Shown: piece by piece, positions 10,004 through 18,679 of the stretch
Layout of the letters: each line of letters opens with the position of its first letter
Position numbering within the stretch: position 1 is the first letter of the stretch
Assembly (NCBI GenBank): GCA_963828165.1
Contig: CAWHDR010000001.1
Coordinates: forward strand, 1,984,001 to 2,048,000
Length of the DNA: 64,000 bases
Direction: 5' to 3'
Source of the DNA: an uncultured Chloroflexia bacterium
Lineage (GTDB): Bacteria > Chloroflexota > Limnocylindria > Limnocylindrales > CSP1-4
Notes under the pieces: generated by a model
What the model saw: the letters and a program-made list of their open reading frames with translations, nothing else
What the model was told of the DNA's origin: nothing
Databases searched by the model: none
Made by a program: the position numbers and the translations under genes

Positions 10004-11893
10004 GTGACCGACGACCCGGGCCTCGGATCGGCCCCCGACCTCGACGACGACGTCCACGACCCGGCCGATGAGGACGACGGCCCGGGCGAGCTCACCAACG
10101 GCGACCTCGCCCGGATCTTCCACGACATCGGCGACATGCTCGAGGTGAAGGGCGAGCTCGTCTTCAAGACGGTCGCCTACCACCGCGCCGCCGATGCGAT
10201 CGGTCGCAGCCCCGTGGATCTCGTCGCGGCCTACCGCAGCGGCGAGGCCCCCAAGGTCCCGGGTGTGGGCGCGGCGATCAGCGACAAGATCAGGGAGCTC
10301 GCCACGACCGGCCGGATGGGCTTCTACGACCGGCTCTGCGCGGAGATCCCACCCAGCCTCGTGGAGCTGTTGCGGATCCCGGGGCTCGGGCCGCGGAGCG
10401 TCCGCCAGATCCACGCCGAGCTCGGTATCGAGACGATGGAAGATCTGCGCACGGCAGCCGAGGCGGGCAGCCTGCGCTCACTGCGCGGACTGTCGGTGAA
10501 GACCGAACAGCTCATCCTCGAGGGGATCGCCCGCCTCGAGTCGGCACCGAAGCGGATGCTCCTCCACCGCGCCGAGGCGACCCTGCTGGGGCTCATGGAG
10601 GCGCTGACCGACATGCCCGGCGTGCGGTCGATCGAGCCGGCGGGCTCGTTCCGGCGTCGCCGCGAGAGCATCGGCGACCTGGACCTCCTTGCCGAGACGG
10701 ACGACGGGCCGGGCCTGATCGAGCGCTTCACCACGCTGGGTGTCGTGGACCACGTCGTGAACAAGGGTGGCTACAAGGCGGCGGTCGGCCTGCTTCGCGG
10801 CCCCCAGGCCGACCTGATGGTCATGCCTCCAGGCACGGCCGGCACGTATCGCATCCACTTCACGGGGTCCAAGGAGCACAACGTGCGGCTCCGCGAGCGC
10901 GCCCGCGACGAGGGCTGGAGCCTGTCCGAGAAGGGCTTCCAGCGCATCGGCGAGGACGGGGAGCCGCTCACGGGTCCCGCTGCCGAGCTCCGGACATTCG
11001 CCACGGAGGCCGAGGCGTACGCCTTCCTCGGTCTCCCCTTCATCGAGCCGGAGCTGCGCGAGGATCGCGGCGAGATCGAGGCGGCCCTCGCCGGCACCCT
11101 GCCCCAGCTGATCGACCTCCCGGACCTGCGCGGCGACCTGCACAGCCACTCCGACTGGTCCGACGGGACGCACTCCATCGAAGTCATGGCCGAGTTCGCC
11201 CGCCGCCGGGGCCACGCCTACCAGGTGCTGACGGACCACTCCCAGTCACTGGCCATCGCCCGCGGCCTCACCCCCGACCGCGTGGAGCAGCAGCGGGTGA
11301 TCATCGCGGAGCTCAACGAGCGCTTCGCGGCCGAAGAAGCGGCGGGAACGGCGCCCCCGGAGACGCCGCCCGAAGGGTTCCGGCTCCTGCACGGCTGCGA
11401 GCTCGAGATCCGGGCGGATGGCGAGCTCGATTATCCGGACGAGCTGCTCGAACGGTTCGACCTGGTCGTGGCGTCGGTGCACGTCTCGCGCCGGCAATCG
11501 AAGGCGGACCTGACGCGGCGGACGCTTAACGGCATCCGCAGTCCGCACGTCGACGTCATCGCCCATCCGTCGGGGCGGATGATCGGTACCCGCGACGACC
11601 TTGACCTGGACTGGGACGCCGTTTATGCCGAGGCCGCGCGGACGGGGACCGTGCTCGAGATGAACGGCTCGCCCCACCGGCTCGACCTTGCGGTCGAGCG
11701 GGCACGACGGGCCGTCGAGGTCGGTTGCACGCTGTCGATCGACTCGGATGCCCACAAGACCGGCGAGTTCGAGCACCTGCGCTGGGGGATCAGCCAGGCG
11801 CGGCGGGCCTGGGTGGAGCCGCGCCACGTATTGAACACGCGCTCCCGGGCCGACCTGTTGGCCTGGGTCGCGGGCAAGCCGGGACGCGTGTGA
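10004..11893 (+). CDS. polX: DNA polymerase X / PHP 3'-5' exonuclease
   Basis: HhH motifs (IPGLGP), AGSFRRRRESIGDLD, HFTGSKEHN, PELREDRGEI, PHP motifs HSHSDWSDG, TDH, AHP, DSDAH. Confidence 0.93.
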   Translation: MTDDPGLGSAPDLDDDVHDPADEDDGPGELTNGDLARIFHDIGDMLEVKGELVFKTVAYHRAADAIGRSPVDLVAAYRSGEAPKVPGVGAAISDKIRELATTGRMGFYDRLCAEIPPSLVELLRIPGLGPRSVRQIHAELGIETMEDLRTAAEAGSLRSLRGLSVKTEQLILEGIARLESAPKRMLLHRAEATLLGLMEALTDMPGVRSIEPAGSFRRRRESIGDLDLLAETDDGPGLIERFTTLGVVDHVVNKGGYKAAVGLLRGPQADLMVMPPGTAGTYRIHFTGSKEHNVRLRERARDEGWSLSEKGFQRIGEDGEPLTGPAAELRTFATEAEAYAFLGLPFIEPELREDRGEIEAALAGTLPQLIDLPDLRGDLHSHSDWSDGTHSIEVMAEFARRRGHAYQVLTDHSQSLAIARGLTPDRVEQQRVIIAELNERFAAEEAAGTAPPETPPEGFRLLHGCELEIRADGELDYPDELLERFDLVVASVHVSRRQSKADLTRRTLNGIRSPHVDVIAHPSGRMIGTRDDLDLDWDAVYAEAARTGTVLEMNGSPHRLDLAVERARRAVEVGCTLSIDSDAHKTGEFEHLRWGISQARRAWVEPRHVLNTRSRADLLAWVAGKPGRV

Positions 11894-12741
11894 GCGGGCG
11901 CGCACTCGCCGCACGCGGCGACGACGTGGCCGGGCGGCGCGATCTCGCGCTCGCGGCAGTCACGGTCGTTGGCCTATCCCGCCTGATCGAGCCGCCGGGC
12001 ATCTGGCTGGCCGCGATCTTCCTGCTCGGGGCGATCCTCCTCGGCACCCTCCAGGTGCTCGGCGATGAGCGAGCACGGGTCGAGGGCCCTGGTCTCGGCG
12101 TCCCCGTGGAGTCGCTGATCCTCCCGGCCGTGGCCGCGGCCGCCTGTGTCGGAGCCATCCGGCTCGTGCCGTTCGGCCTCGGCCTGGCGCCGGCCCTGCT
12201 CATCACCGGGCTCATCGTGGATCGTTGCCTGGCCCTCGAGGCGCGGATCCTGGGGTCGCCATCGGGCGTGGACGCGGAGTCGCGCACGGCCGTCCTGGTC
12301 ACGACCCTGATCGTCGCCTTCCTCGGGTTCGTCGGTGTCGCGGCGATGATCCCCGGGGGCCTCGTCCAACCCGCGCCCGCTGGGGGCGGCGGCGCGCCCA
12401 TGCCGGAAACGGACCTCCTGGTCCTGGTGGCGGGTGACGCCATCATCGCGTTCCTGCTCGGATACCGGGCGGCCGCCCTGCGGGTATCGAATGCGCGGGA
12501 TGCACTGCTGTCGGCGGCGACCTACGCGGCGGCGATCGCCATCGGTGCGGCCGCCGTGCGGTTCATGGAGATCCCCCGTCTGCTTGGCCCCGCGTTGCTG
12601 ACCCTTGTGTTCTACCTGTGGGACGCGTTCCATGGCGCCGCCCCGGCCCATCGCCGCGACCCGCGCTGGCTGTGGCAGATCGCGCTCCTCGGCGTGCTCG
12701 GGCTCGTGGTCATCGTGCTCAACCTCATGACGAGGGCGTAG
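11890..12741 (+). CDS. Polytopic membrane protein of unknown function
   Basis: About 8 hydrophobic segments; GTGA overlap with the polX stop. Confidence 0.7.
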   Translation: MSGRALAARGDDVAGRRDLALAAVTVVGLSRLIEPPGIWLAAIFLLGAILLGTLQVLGDERARVEGPGLGVPVESLILPAVAAAACVGAIRLVPFGLGLAPALLITGLIVDRCLALEARILGSPSGVDAESRTAVLVTTLIVAFLGFVGVAAMIPGGLVQPAPAGGGGAPMPETDLLVLVAGDAIIAFLLGYRAAALRVSNARDALLSAATYAAAIAIGAAAVRFMEIPRLLGPALLTLVFYLWDAFHGAAPAHRRDPRWLWQIALLGVLGLVVIVLNLMTRA

Positions 12742-13720
12742 CCAGGGTCGCCCCGAAGAACCCGACGAGCCGCTGCTCGTACCCGGCGGGATCCGTGACC
12801 ATCGCCTCGGTGTGCTTCGCGCCCTCCACGAACCAGCTGTCGACATTGCCTCCGTCCGCCCGGACCGCCTCCTCGAGGGTATGCCCATACGCCACGCTCA
12901 GACGCTCATCGTTGGTGCCGTGGGTGATGAACAGCGGCCGCCCACCGAGGGCCCGAACGGCGTCGAGCGGGCTGTACGACACGAGATCGTCGCCGGAGAT
13001 GAGGCGCGCCATGAAGACGCCACCCGGCGCCAGGAACGACGGGTACCCCTCTCGCGCGAGCTCGGCATCGATCGCGGTCTCGAGGTCCGCATAGCTCGAA
13101 TCCTCCCAGACTGCCGCCACGGCCGGTTCCTGCCCGGCAGCCAGGAGCACCGTCGCCGCACCCAGGGAGATGCCGACCAGCCCGATCGACGCCGCCGGGA
13201 GGGCCTGCTCGGTCCGCAGCCAGTCCCACGCACCCAGGACATCGCGGTATTCGTCCGTGCCGCCCGCAAAGCGGCCGTCCTCCTGGGTGGAATCACCGTG
13301 GTCGCGCAGGTCGATGACCAGGACCGAGAAACCGTTACGGTGCAGCATCCCGGCCGGCAGGAGGACCGCATGGTCGTGGCGACAGGCCGTGTAGCCGTGC
13401 ACGACGACGACGGCGGGCGCGGGCCCTTCACCACCGCGCGGAGCGGCGGGCAGCCACCAGCCGGCGATCTCGATCCCAGGGTCGCGGCTGGGGATGCGCA
13501 CCTCCTCGGGAGCCGGCATCGCCCACGGGCTGGTGTCCAGTGCGTATTCGGCCGGAACCTCGAACGCCCCCGGCGTGTTCTGGACCCAGCGGCCTCCACA
13601 TTGGGTCGACACGCTGGTGAGCTTGTCCCAGACGACCGCACTCGCCCCGCCATAGGCAGCGAGCGGGACGGCGATCAAGGTCATGAGCAGCAGCGCCCGA
13701 CCACGTGACACGGAGGCCAC
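12725..13720 (-). CDS. Alpha/beta hydrolase with N-terminal membrane anchor
   Basis: VVVVHG, DLRDHGDS, GISLG nucleophile elbow, HGTND, GAKH; start uncertain (GTG 13720). Confidence 0.85.
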   Translation of the reverse strand: MASVSRGRALLLMTLIAVPLAAYGGASAVVWDKLTSVSTQCGGRWVQNTPGAFEVPAEYALDTSPWAMPAPEEVRIPSRDPGIEIAGWWLPAAPRGGEGPAPAVVVVHGYTACRHDHAVLLPAGMLHRNGFSVLVIDLRDHGDSTQEDGRFAGGTDEYRDVLGAWDWLRTEQALPAASIGLVGISLGAATVLLAAGQEPAVAAVWEDSSYADLETAIDAELAREGYPSFLAPGGVFMARLISGDDLVSYSPLDAVRALGGRPLFITHGTNDERLSVAYGHTLEEAVRADGGNVDSWFVEGAKHTEAMVTDPAGYEQRLVGFFGATLATPSS

Positions 13721-13809
13721 CTTCCGATGGGTCGTTCGAGGAAGCAACGCGCGACCGCCGGATCCGTTACCCGACGACGCCGGATCGCAGGGTACGCCCG
13801 GCCCGTCGT

Positions 13810-13838
13810 TTGACGCGACGCCCCACCGGTGCTAGAAA
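13810..13838 (+). promoter_or_regulatory. Putative sigma70 promoter for the TPR gene
   Basis: TTGACG-N17-TAGAAA preceded by a TGn extended -10; the last T of the -10 is non-consensus. Confidence 0.45.
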
Positions 13839-13975
13839 GCAAGGCCGCGCAGCGACCCGCGAGACGGTCGCGCGACCCGATCCGACGACCGTGCCGCGAT
13901 ACGCCGCGCACGACGACCAGACACGATGAACCGCAAGCTGCCCGATGAGTTCGCGCCCGAAAGGACGACCCGCCC

Positions 13976-14836
13976 GTGACCTTCCCCCCCGAAGTCGAGA
14001 CCAACGCCCAGAGTCCGGTCAACCTGACCCGCCAGAAGCGCCAGCTCGCCGAGCAGGCCATCGCCCAGGCATCGGCCGCCGACTGGACCGAGGCCGCCGC
14101 GACCAACCGCCGGCTCCTGGAGCTCGGCCCGGACGCCGAGGGTGAGAACCGGCTCGCCAAGGCGCTCTGGGAGCTCGGGATGCTCGGCGAAGCACGCGAG
14201 CACTACCAGACGGCTCTGGCGCTCGACCCCACGAACCGCATCGCCGAGCGCAACATCGACCGGCTCAAGGTGCTCCTGAACGCCGCCGGCGAGAAGACGG
14301 TCCCGGCGCAGGAGGGCAGCAAGGCCCCGGTCTCGATCTTCGTGGAGGAGACGGGCAAGACCGGGTTCGCCTTCCTGACCGACCTCGCCACCCCCAGGGA
14401 GCTGGCCCAGGTCAACCCCGGCGACGCCGTCGAGCTCACGCCCGAGAAGAACCGCCTGATCGCGTTCAGCAACGGCATGCGCATCGGCGTCGTCGAGCCC
14501 CGCGTCGCGGCCCGCCTGCTCAAGCTCATGGCGGACGGCAACAAGTACTCCGCCGGCGTCACGAGCCTCGGCGACAAGGACGTGCGCCTGATCATCCGCG
14601 AGATCTTCCAGGACCCGAGCAACTACGGGAAGGTCAGCTTCCCGACCGCGGCCAAGTCGACCGACCTGCGGCCCTACACGAAGGGCACCCTGGTGCGCGA
14701 GGAGATGGAGCTCGAGGAGGACCTCGAGGACGACGAGGAGGACGAGGAGATCGAGGATCTGGACCGCGTCCTGCCGCCGGAGTCGACGACCGAAGAAGCG
14801 TTCGAGGAAGAGCCCGACGAGCTCGACGAAGCGTAG
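13976..14836 (+). CDS. TPR protein with HIRAN-like domain and acidic tail
   Basis: TPR helices (NRLAKALWELGMLGEAREHYQTALALDPTN); VNPGDAVEL...RIGVVEPRVAARLLKLM segment resembles HIRAN; D/E-rich C-terminus; GAAAGGA SD. Confidence 0.75.
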   Translation: MTFPPEVETNAQSPVNLTRQKRQLAEQAIAQASAADWTEAAATNRRLLELGPDAEGENRLAKALWELGMLGEAREHYQTALALDPTNRIAERNIDRLKVLLNAAGEKTVPAQEGSKAPVSIFVEETGKTGFAFLTDLATPRELAQVNPGDAVELTPEKNRLIAFSNGMRIGVVEPRVAARLLKLMADGNKYSAGVTSLGDKDVRLIIREIFQDPSNYGKVSFPTAAKSTDLRPYTKGTLVREEMELEEDLEDDEEDEEIEDLDRVLPPESTTEEAFEEEPDELDEA

Positions 14837-14840
14837 GGCG

Positions 14841-15704
14841 TCAGCCCGGGCCGGCCGCCCGCACCGACGCCGCCGTCGCGGCAGCGTTCTGGGCAGCATC
14901 CAGCGCCACGCCGATCGCGCTCCCGTCAGGGGGTCGCGGCCAGACAGCGGCCTCGAGCCGACCCCAGGCGGCCGACACGAGCCGCACGAGGCGTTCGACC
15001 TCGGATGGCTGGCGGCCCAGCCACACGAGCGTCTTGTCGACCTGCACGGTGTGTTCGGTGATGTGCGAGGCCCAGCGCCCCTGACGGAAGCCGACCGTGA
15101 CGGGGAGGCCGGACCAGCGCGCCGCGAGGCCCAGCTCCTCGGCCGTCAGGTCGGACATCAGGTTGGCGGCGTCCTCCACCGCCACATGGATGCGGCTCCG
15201 GATCTCATCGAGGGACCCGTTCGCGGCGACGTCTTCGTCCCAGGCCGGGTCGATGAGGCCGTCGGGCGCGAACGGCAGATGCTCGTCGCTGATGCGGATG
15301 CGCTGCCGGCGCCACCAGTCGTTGTAGACAGCGTACCCATGCTGGCTCGCGATGATGTGCGCCACGGTCTGACGGACCGTCCATTCGCCCCCACCCGGAT
15401 CGGCGTCGAGATCCGCCTCGGTCAGTGGCGCCAGCAGGCCGATCAGCTCCCAGCGAGCGATCGTGGCCGGCGCGACGATCGCCTGGTCGGCGGGACGGGC
15501 GACGCCGCGGGCGTCGAACGTGGCGGTGACCGCGTCCAGGTCCTCGATGATCCGGAACAGTCCGGAGCGTCGATCAAGCTCGCCGTGATCCGGCCATGTC
15601 CACGCCACCTCGAGCGTGTCGTCGCCGACCGCAAGCAGGTCGCCGAGAGCGCCCTCGATGAGGCGCCGAGCGTCGTCCAGACCGGGATGCGGGTCGGTCG
15701 TCAT
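14841..15704 (-). CDS. DinB/YfiT-like protein
   Basis: GEWTVRQTVAHI and HITEHTVQV histidine motifs; leaderless-type TAGTGT upstream. Confidence 0.75.
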   Translation of the reverse strand: MTTDPHPGLDDARRLIEGALGDLLAVGDDTLEVAWTWPDHGELDRRSGLFRIIEDLDAVTATFDARGVARPADQAIVAPATIARWELIGLLAPLTEADLDADPGGGEWTVRQTVAHIIASQHGYAVYNDWWRRQRIRISDEHLPFAPDGLIDPAWDEDVAANGSLDEIRSRIHVAVEDAANLMSDLTAEELGLAARWSGLPVTVGFRQGRWASHITEHTVQVDKTLVWLGRQPSEVERLVRLVSAAWGRLEAAVWPRPPDGSAIGVALDAAQNAAATAASVRAAGPG

Positions 15705-15790
15705 CTCGGTCGCAACACTACGAGCGTGCGTGCGTGCTGTCGACCCGCCGTGACCGCGGCTGGCGGCCGTGGGCTAGCATCGTCGGCAGC

Positions 15791-18568
15791 ATGACCAGCC
15801 GTGTCGCCTCTGCGCGCGCCGAAGCGGGGTATTCGCTACCCGCCTTCGAGCGGCTCGCGCCTGCCCCGTCGGCGACGTTGCTCGCCGCCCGCATCGAGGC
15901 GCACACGGGGCCAGGCGACATCGTCGTCGACCTGGCGGGGCGGGGTGGCTGGGTGGCTCGCGCCGCCCTGGACCGTCAGCGTCGCGCCGTGTCCGTCGAA
16001 TCGACCCCGCTGACGCGGATGCTCGCGGAGGTCGTGCTTCGTCCGCCGGACGTGCGCCACCTCGACGCCGCGTTCCAGGGCATGTCGGCGTCTCCGCGGC
16101 GGGAGACCAGCCTGAAGGTGTCGATCGGCGACCTGTTCGCGACCCGCTGTGCGACCTGCGGGCGGATGCTCGTCGCCGACGAGTTCACCTGGTCCGCCGA
16201 GGAGGATGGGCCGGCCAAGGCCGTCACCCGCCACTACCGCTGCACGGTCTGTCGCGACCAGCGGGGTGGATCCGAGCAGCGGCAGGCCCCGCTCGAAGCC
16301 GATGACGTGGCGCGCTCGCTGGCCGATGCCGACCTCGAGGCGGCGCGTGCCTGGGCGATCGAGCGGTTCCCGGTGGTCGAGGGGGCCCCGGGGCTCGTCG
16401 ACGAGCTGCTCGAGCTGCACACCCCACGTCAGCTCATCGCGCTGACCGCGATCATGGAGCGGATCGAGACCGACCTGCGTGCGGCCAACGTCCTTGCCGC
16501 GCTCCGTCTCTCGCTCCTGCATGCGCTGCTGCCGTCCAGCCGGCTCGTCGGCGCGGCCGGCCGGGGCGGATCCCTGCGCGTCGCCGGCGGTCACGTCCGG
16601 CTCCCGGCAGCCACGCAATGGCGTGAGCGCAACCCATGGCTCGCGTTCGAGGATGCCTTCCGTGCCGTGCGCGGGTTCGTCCAACGCCTCGAGGGCGGGG
16701 CGCTCGGACCCATGCAGGCGCGTTTGGGCGAGGACCTGCGCTCGCTCGGCGAAGGATCGGCCACGGCGGTCCTGGCGATCGCCAGCCCGTCGGCGGTGCG
16801 TGCGCTGAGCGACGGGAGCCTCGCCCTCCACGATCGGGCCGGCGCACCGGCGCCGCGCGTCCGACTCGTCCTGGGTCAGCCACCGATCCGACCCAGCCTC
16901 GAGCGGCTGGCCGCCGCCTACCACGGAACGGCGTGGACCCTGGGCCGCGAGGCCGCGGCGATGCTGCCCATCGATGCGCTGGCCGACACGTCCTTGCGGG
17001 CGCCGTGGTCGTGGCAGGCGGTCGCGATCGGACGGTCGCTGGCGGCGGTCGAGCCGTCGATGGCGCGCGACGGTCGCGTGGTCCAGCTCGTCGACGGCGG
17101 GATGGAGGCCCTGGCCGCGGTGGCGATCGGCGGAGCCTCGGCCGGCTACCGCGTGACGGTCGCACGGCTCTCGGATCCCGACGATGCCGGCGCCGGCGTG
17201 ATCGAGCTCGTGCCACCCGGCGCCGCCCTGCCTCCCGGTCCGCGCACGAGAGGCAACGTCGGATTGCCCGCGATCCCGGGCGGGGCGGGAGATCCGGACA
17301 TGGTCCCGGGACGCGGGTTGTTCGCTCCGCCAGAACGGTTCGACCAGCGTCCGTTCTCGCCGGCAGAGGCAGCGACCGCGGTCACGGAGTCCGTGGTCGA
17401 GACCCTGCGTGCCCGGGGCGAGCCGGCTCGCATGGAACGGCTCTTCGGCGAGGTCCTCGTCGGCCTTGACCGGTCGGGCCAGCTCCGCCGCCTCGCCGCG
17501 GGCACCCGTCCCGCCACGACCGACGGCGGCGACGGCAAGCCTGGGTCCGCTCGTCCAGCCTCAGGCGGGACGGCCGATGTCGCCCCGGTCCCCAAGGTGC
17601 CTGACCCGCCCTCGGTCGACCCGGCGGTCGCCGCGGCGGACGCGCGGGAACCGCATGCCGATGCCCGTTCGAACGGCGGTGCTCCCGACCCCGTCGACCG
17701 TCTGCTCGCCGTGATCCGCGATGAGCTGGCGCGGCCGAACCACCGCCGTCTGACCGAGATCGAGCCCGGCCGCTGGTGGTTGGCCGACCGCGACGATGTC
17801 GAGGCGGCTGCCGCACCGCTCGCAGACCGGGTGGAATGGGCGGTCTTCAGCCTCCTGTCCACCGCGGGACCCCTGTCGGAGACCGCGTTCTACGATCGGA
17901 TGGCGACGATGTTCAGCGGCCACGACCTGCCCGACGAGACGCTCGTCCATGCCTGCCTGGACAGCTATCGGAGCATGGCCAGTACGCCCGACCGGCTCAT
18001 CACCGGCGATGACCTGCTCAAACGCAGCCAGGAGCACACCGAGCTCCTGGCGATGCTCGCCGACGCCGGGCATCGCATGGGGATGCGGGTCTGGCTGTCG
18101 CAGCGCGAGCAGGCACGTCGCCACGGGCGGGGGATGCTCGCCGATCTCCTCGGTGAACGCGAACAGACCGTCGGCCTTGGTGGCATCGCGCGATCGGTGC
18201 CCGAGATCGCGGACGTCGACGCGATCTGGTACGTGCGCGGCAAGGTCGCGTTGTTGTTCGAGGTGGAATGGACGGCGGTCCTCGGCGAGCCGCTGCTGCG
18301 CCGACACCCGCGCATCGGCGCGGACGAGAAGCTCATCCGGTTCCTCGCGGTCGCCCCGGAACGGACCGATCTCGTCCGGCACAAGCTCGAGCGCTCCCCG
18401 CTCCTGCGCGCGGCCATGGACGAGTACGGCTGGCACATCATCAAGTGGGATCACCTTCGGACATTCCTCGCCGCGGACCTGCCGGACCTGGATGCCCTGG
18501 AACCGCTGCTGGGTCTCGATCCGTTCGTCGAACGCGGCGGCGAACAGATGCCGCTGTTCGGCGGCTGA
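15791..18568 (+). CDS. Large DNA methyltransferase-like protein (degenerate motifs) with Zn ribbon and C-terminal PD-(D/E)XK-like domain
   Basis: HTGPGDIVVDLAGRGG (motif I-like), CATC...CTVC, HTPRQLIAL, ERNPWLAFE, LVLGQPP (motif IV-like), VDAIWY...LLFEVEWT, terminal EQMPLFGG. Confidence 0.7.
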   Translation: MTSRVASARAEAGYSLPAFERLAPAPSATLLAARIEAHTGPGDIVVDLAGRGGWVARAALDRQRRAVSVESTPLTRMLAEVVLRPPDVRHLDAAFQGMSASPRRETSLKVSIGDLFATRCATCGRMLVADEFTWSAEEDGPAKAVTRHYRCTVCRDQRGGSEQRQAPLEADDVARSLADADLEAARAWAIERFPVVEGAPGLVDELLELHTPRQLIALTAIMERIETDLRAANVLAALRLSLLHALLPSSRLVGAAGRGGSLRVAGGHVRLPAATQWRERNPWLAFEDAFRAVRGFVQRLEGGALGPMQARLGEDLRSLGEGSATAVLAIASPSAVRALSDGSLALHDRAGAPAPRVRLVLGQPPIRPSLERLAAAYHGTAWTLGREAAAMLPIDALADTSLRAPWSWQAVAIGRSLAAVEPSMARDGRVVQLVDGGMEALAAVAIGGASAGYRVTVARLSDPDDAGAGVIELVPPGAALPPGPRTRGNVGLPAIPGGAGDPDMVPGRGLFAPPERFDQRPFSPAEAATAVTESVVETLRARGEPARMERLFGEVLVGLDRSGQLRRLAAGTRPATTDGGDGKPGSARPASGGTADVAPVPKVPDPPSVDPAVAAADAREPHADARSNGGAPDPVDRLLAVIRDELARPNHRRLTEIEPGRWWLADRDDVEAAAAPLADRVEWAVFSLLSTAGPLSETAFYDRMATMFSGHDLPDETLVHACLDSYRSMASTPDRLITGDDLLKRSQEHTELLAMLADAGHRMGMRVWLSQREQARRHGRGMLADLLGEREQTVGLGGIARSVPEIADVDAIWYVRGKVALLFEVEWTAVLGEPLLRRHPRIGADEKLIRFLAVAPERTDLVRHKLERSPLLRAAMDEYGWHIIKWDHLRTFLAADLPDLDALEPLLGLDPFVERGGEQMPLFGG

Positions 18569-18679
18569 GGGTCCCGCGCGCTACATTACGGCTCCAATCA
18601 GGCCGCAGCCACGACCCGGGCGGCGCGGCTCGGATCCGGGCGGCGCAGCCCGCTCGCAGGGGAGGCATCGAGACCCACG

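Noticed and set aside
15791-18568. Active type IIG restriction-modification enzyme
   Set aside because: Both methyltransferase motifs are degenerate and there are no partner genes or island context
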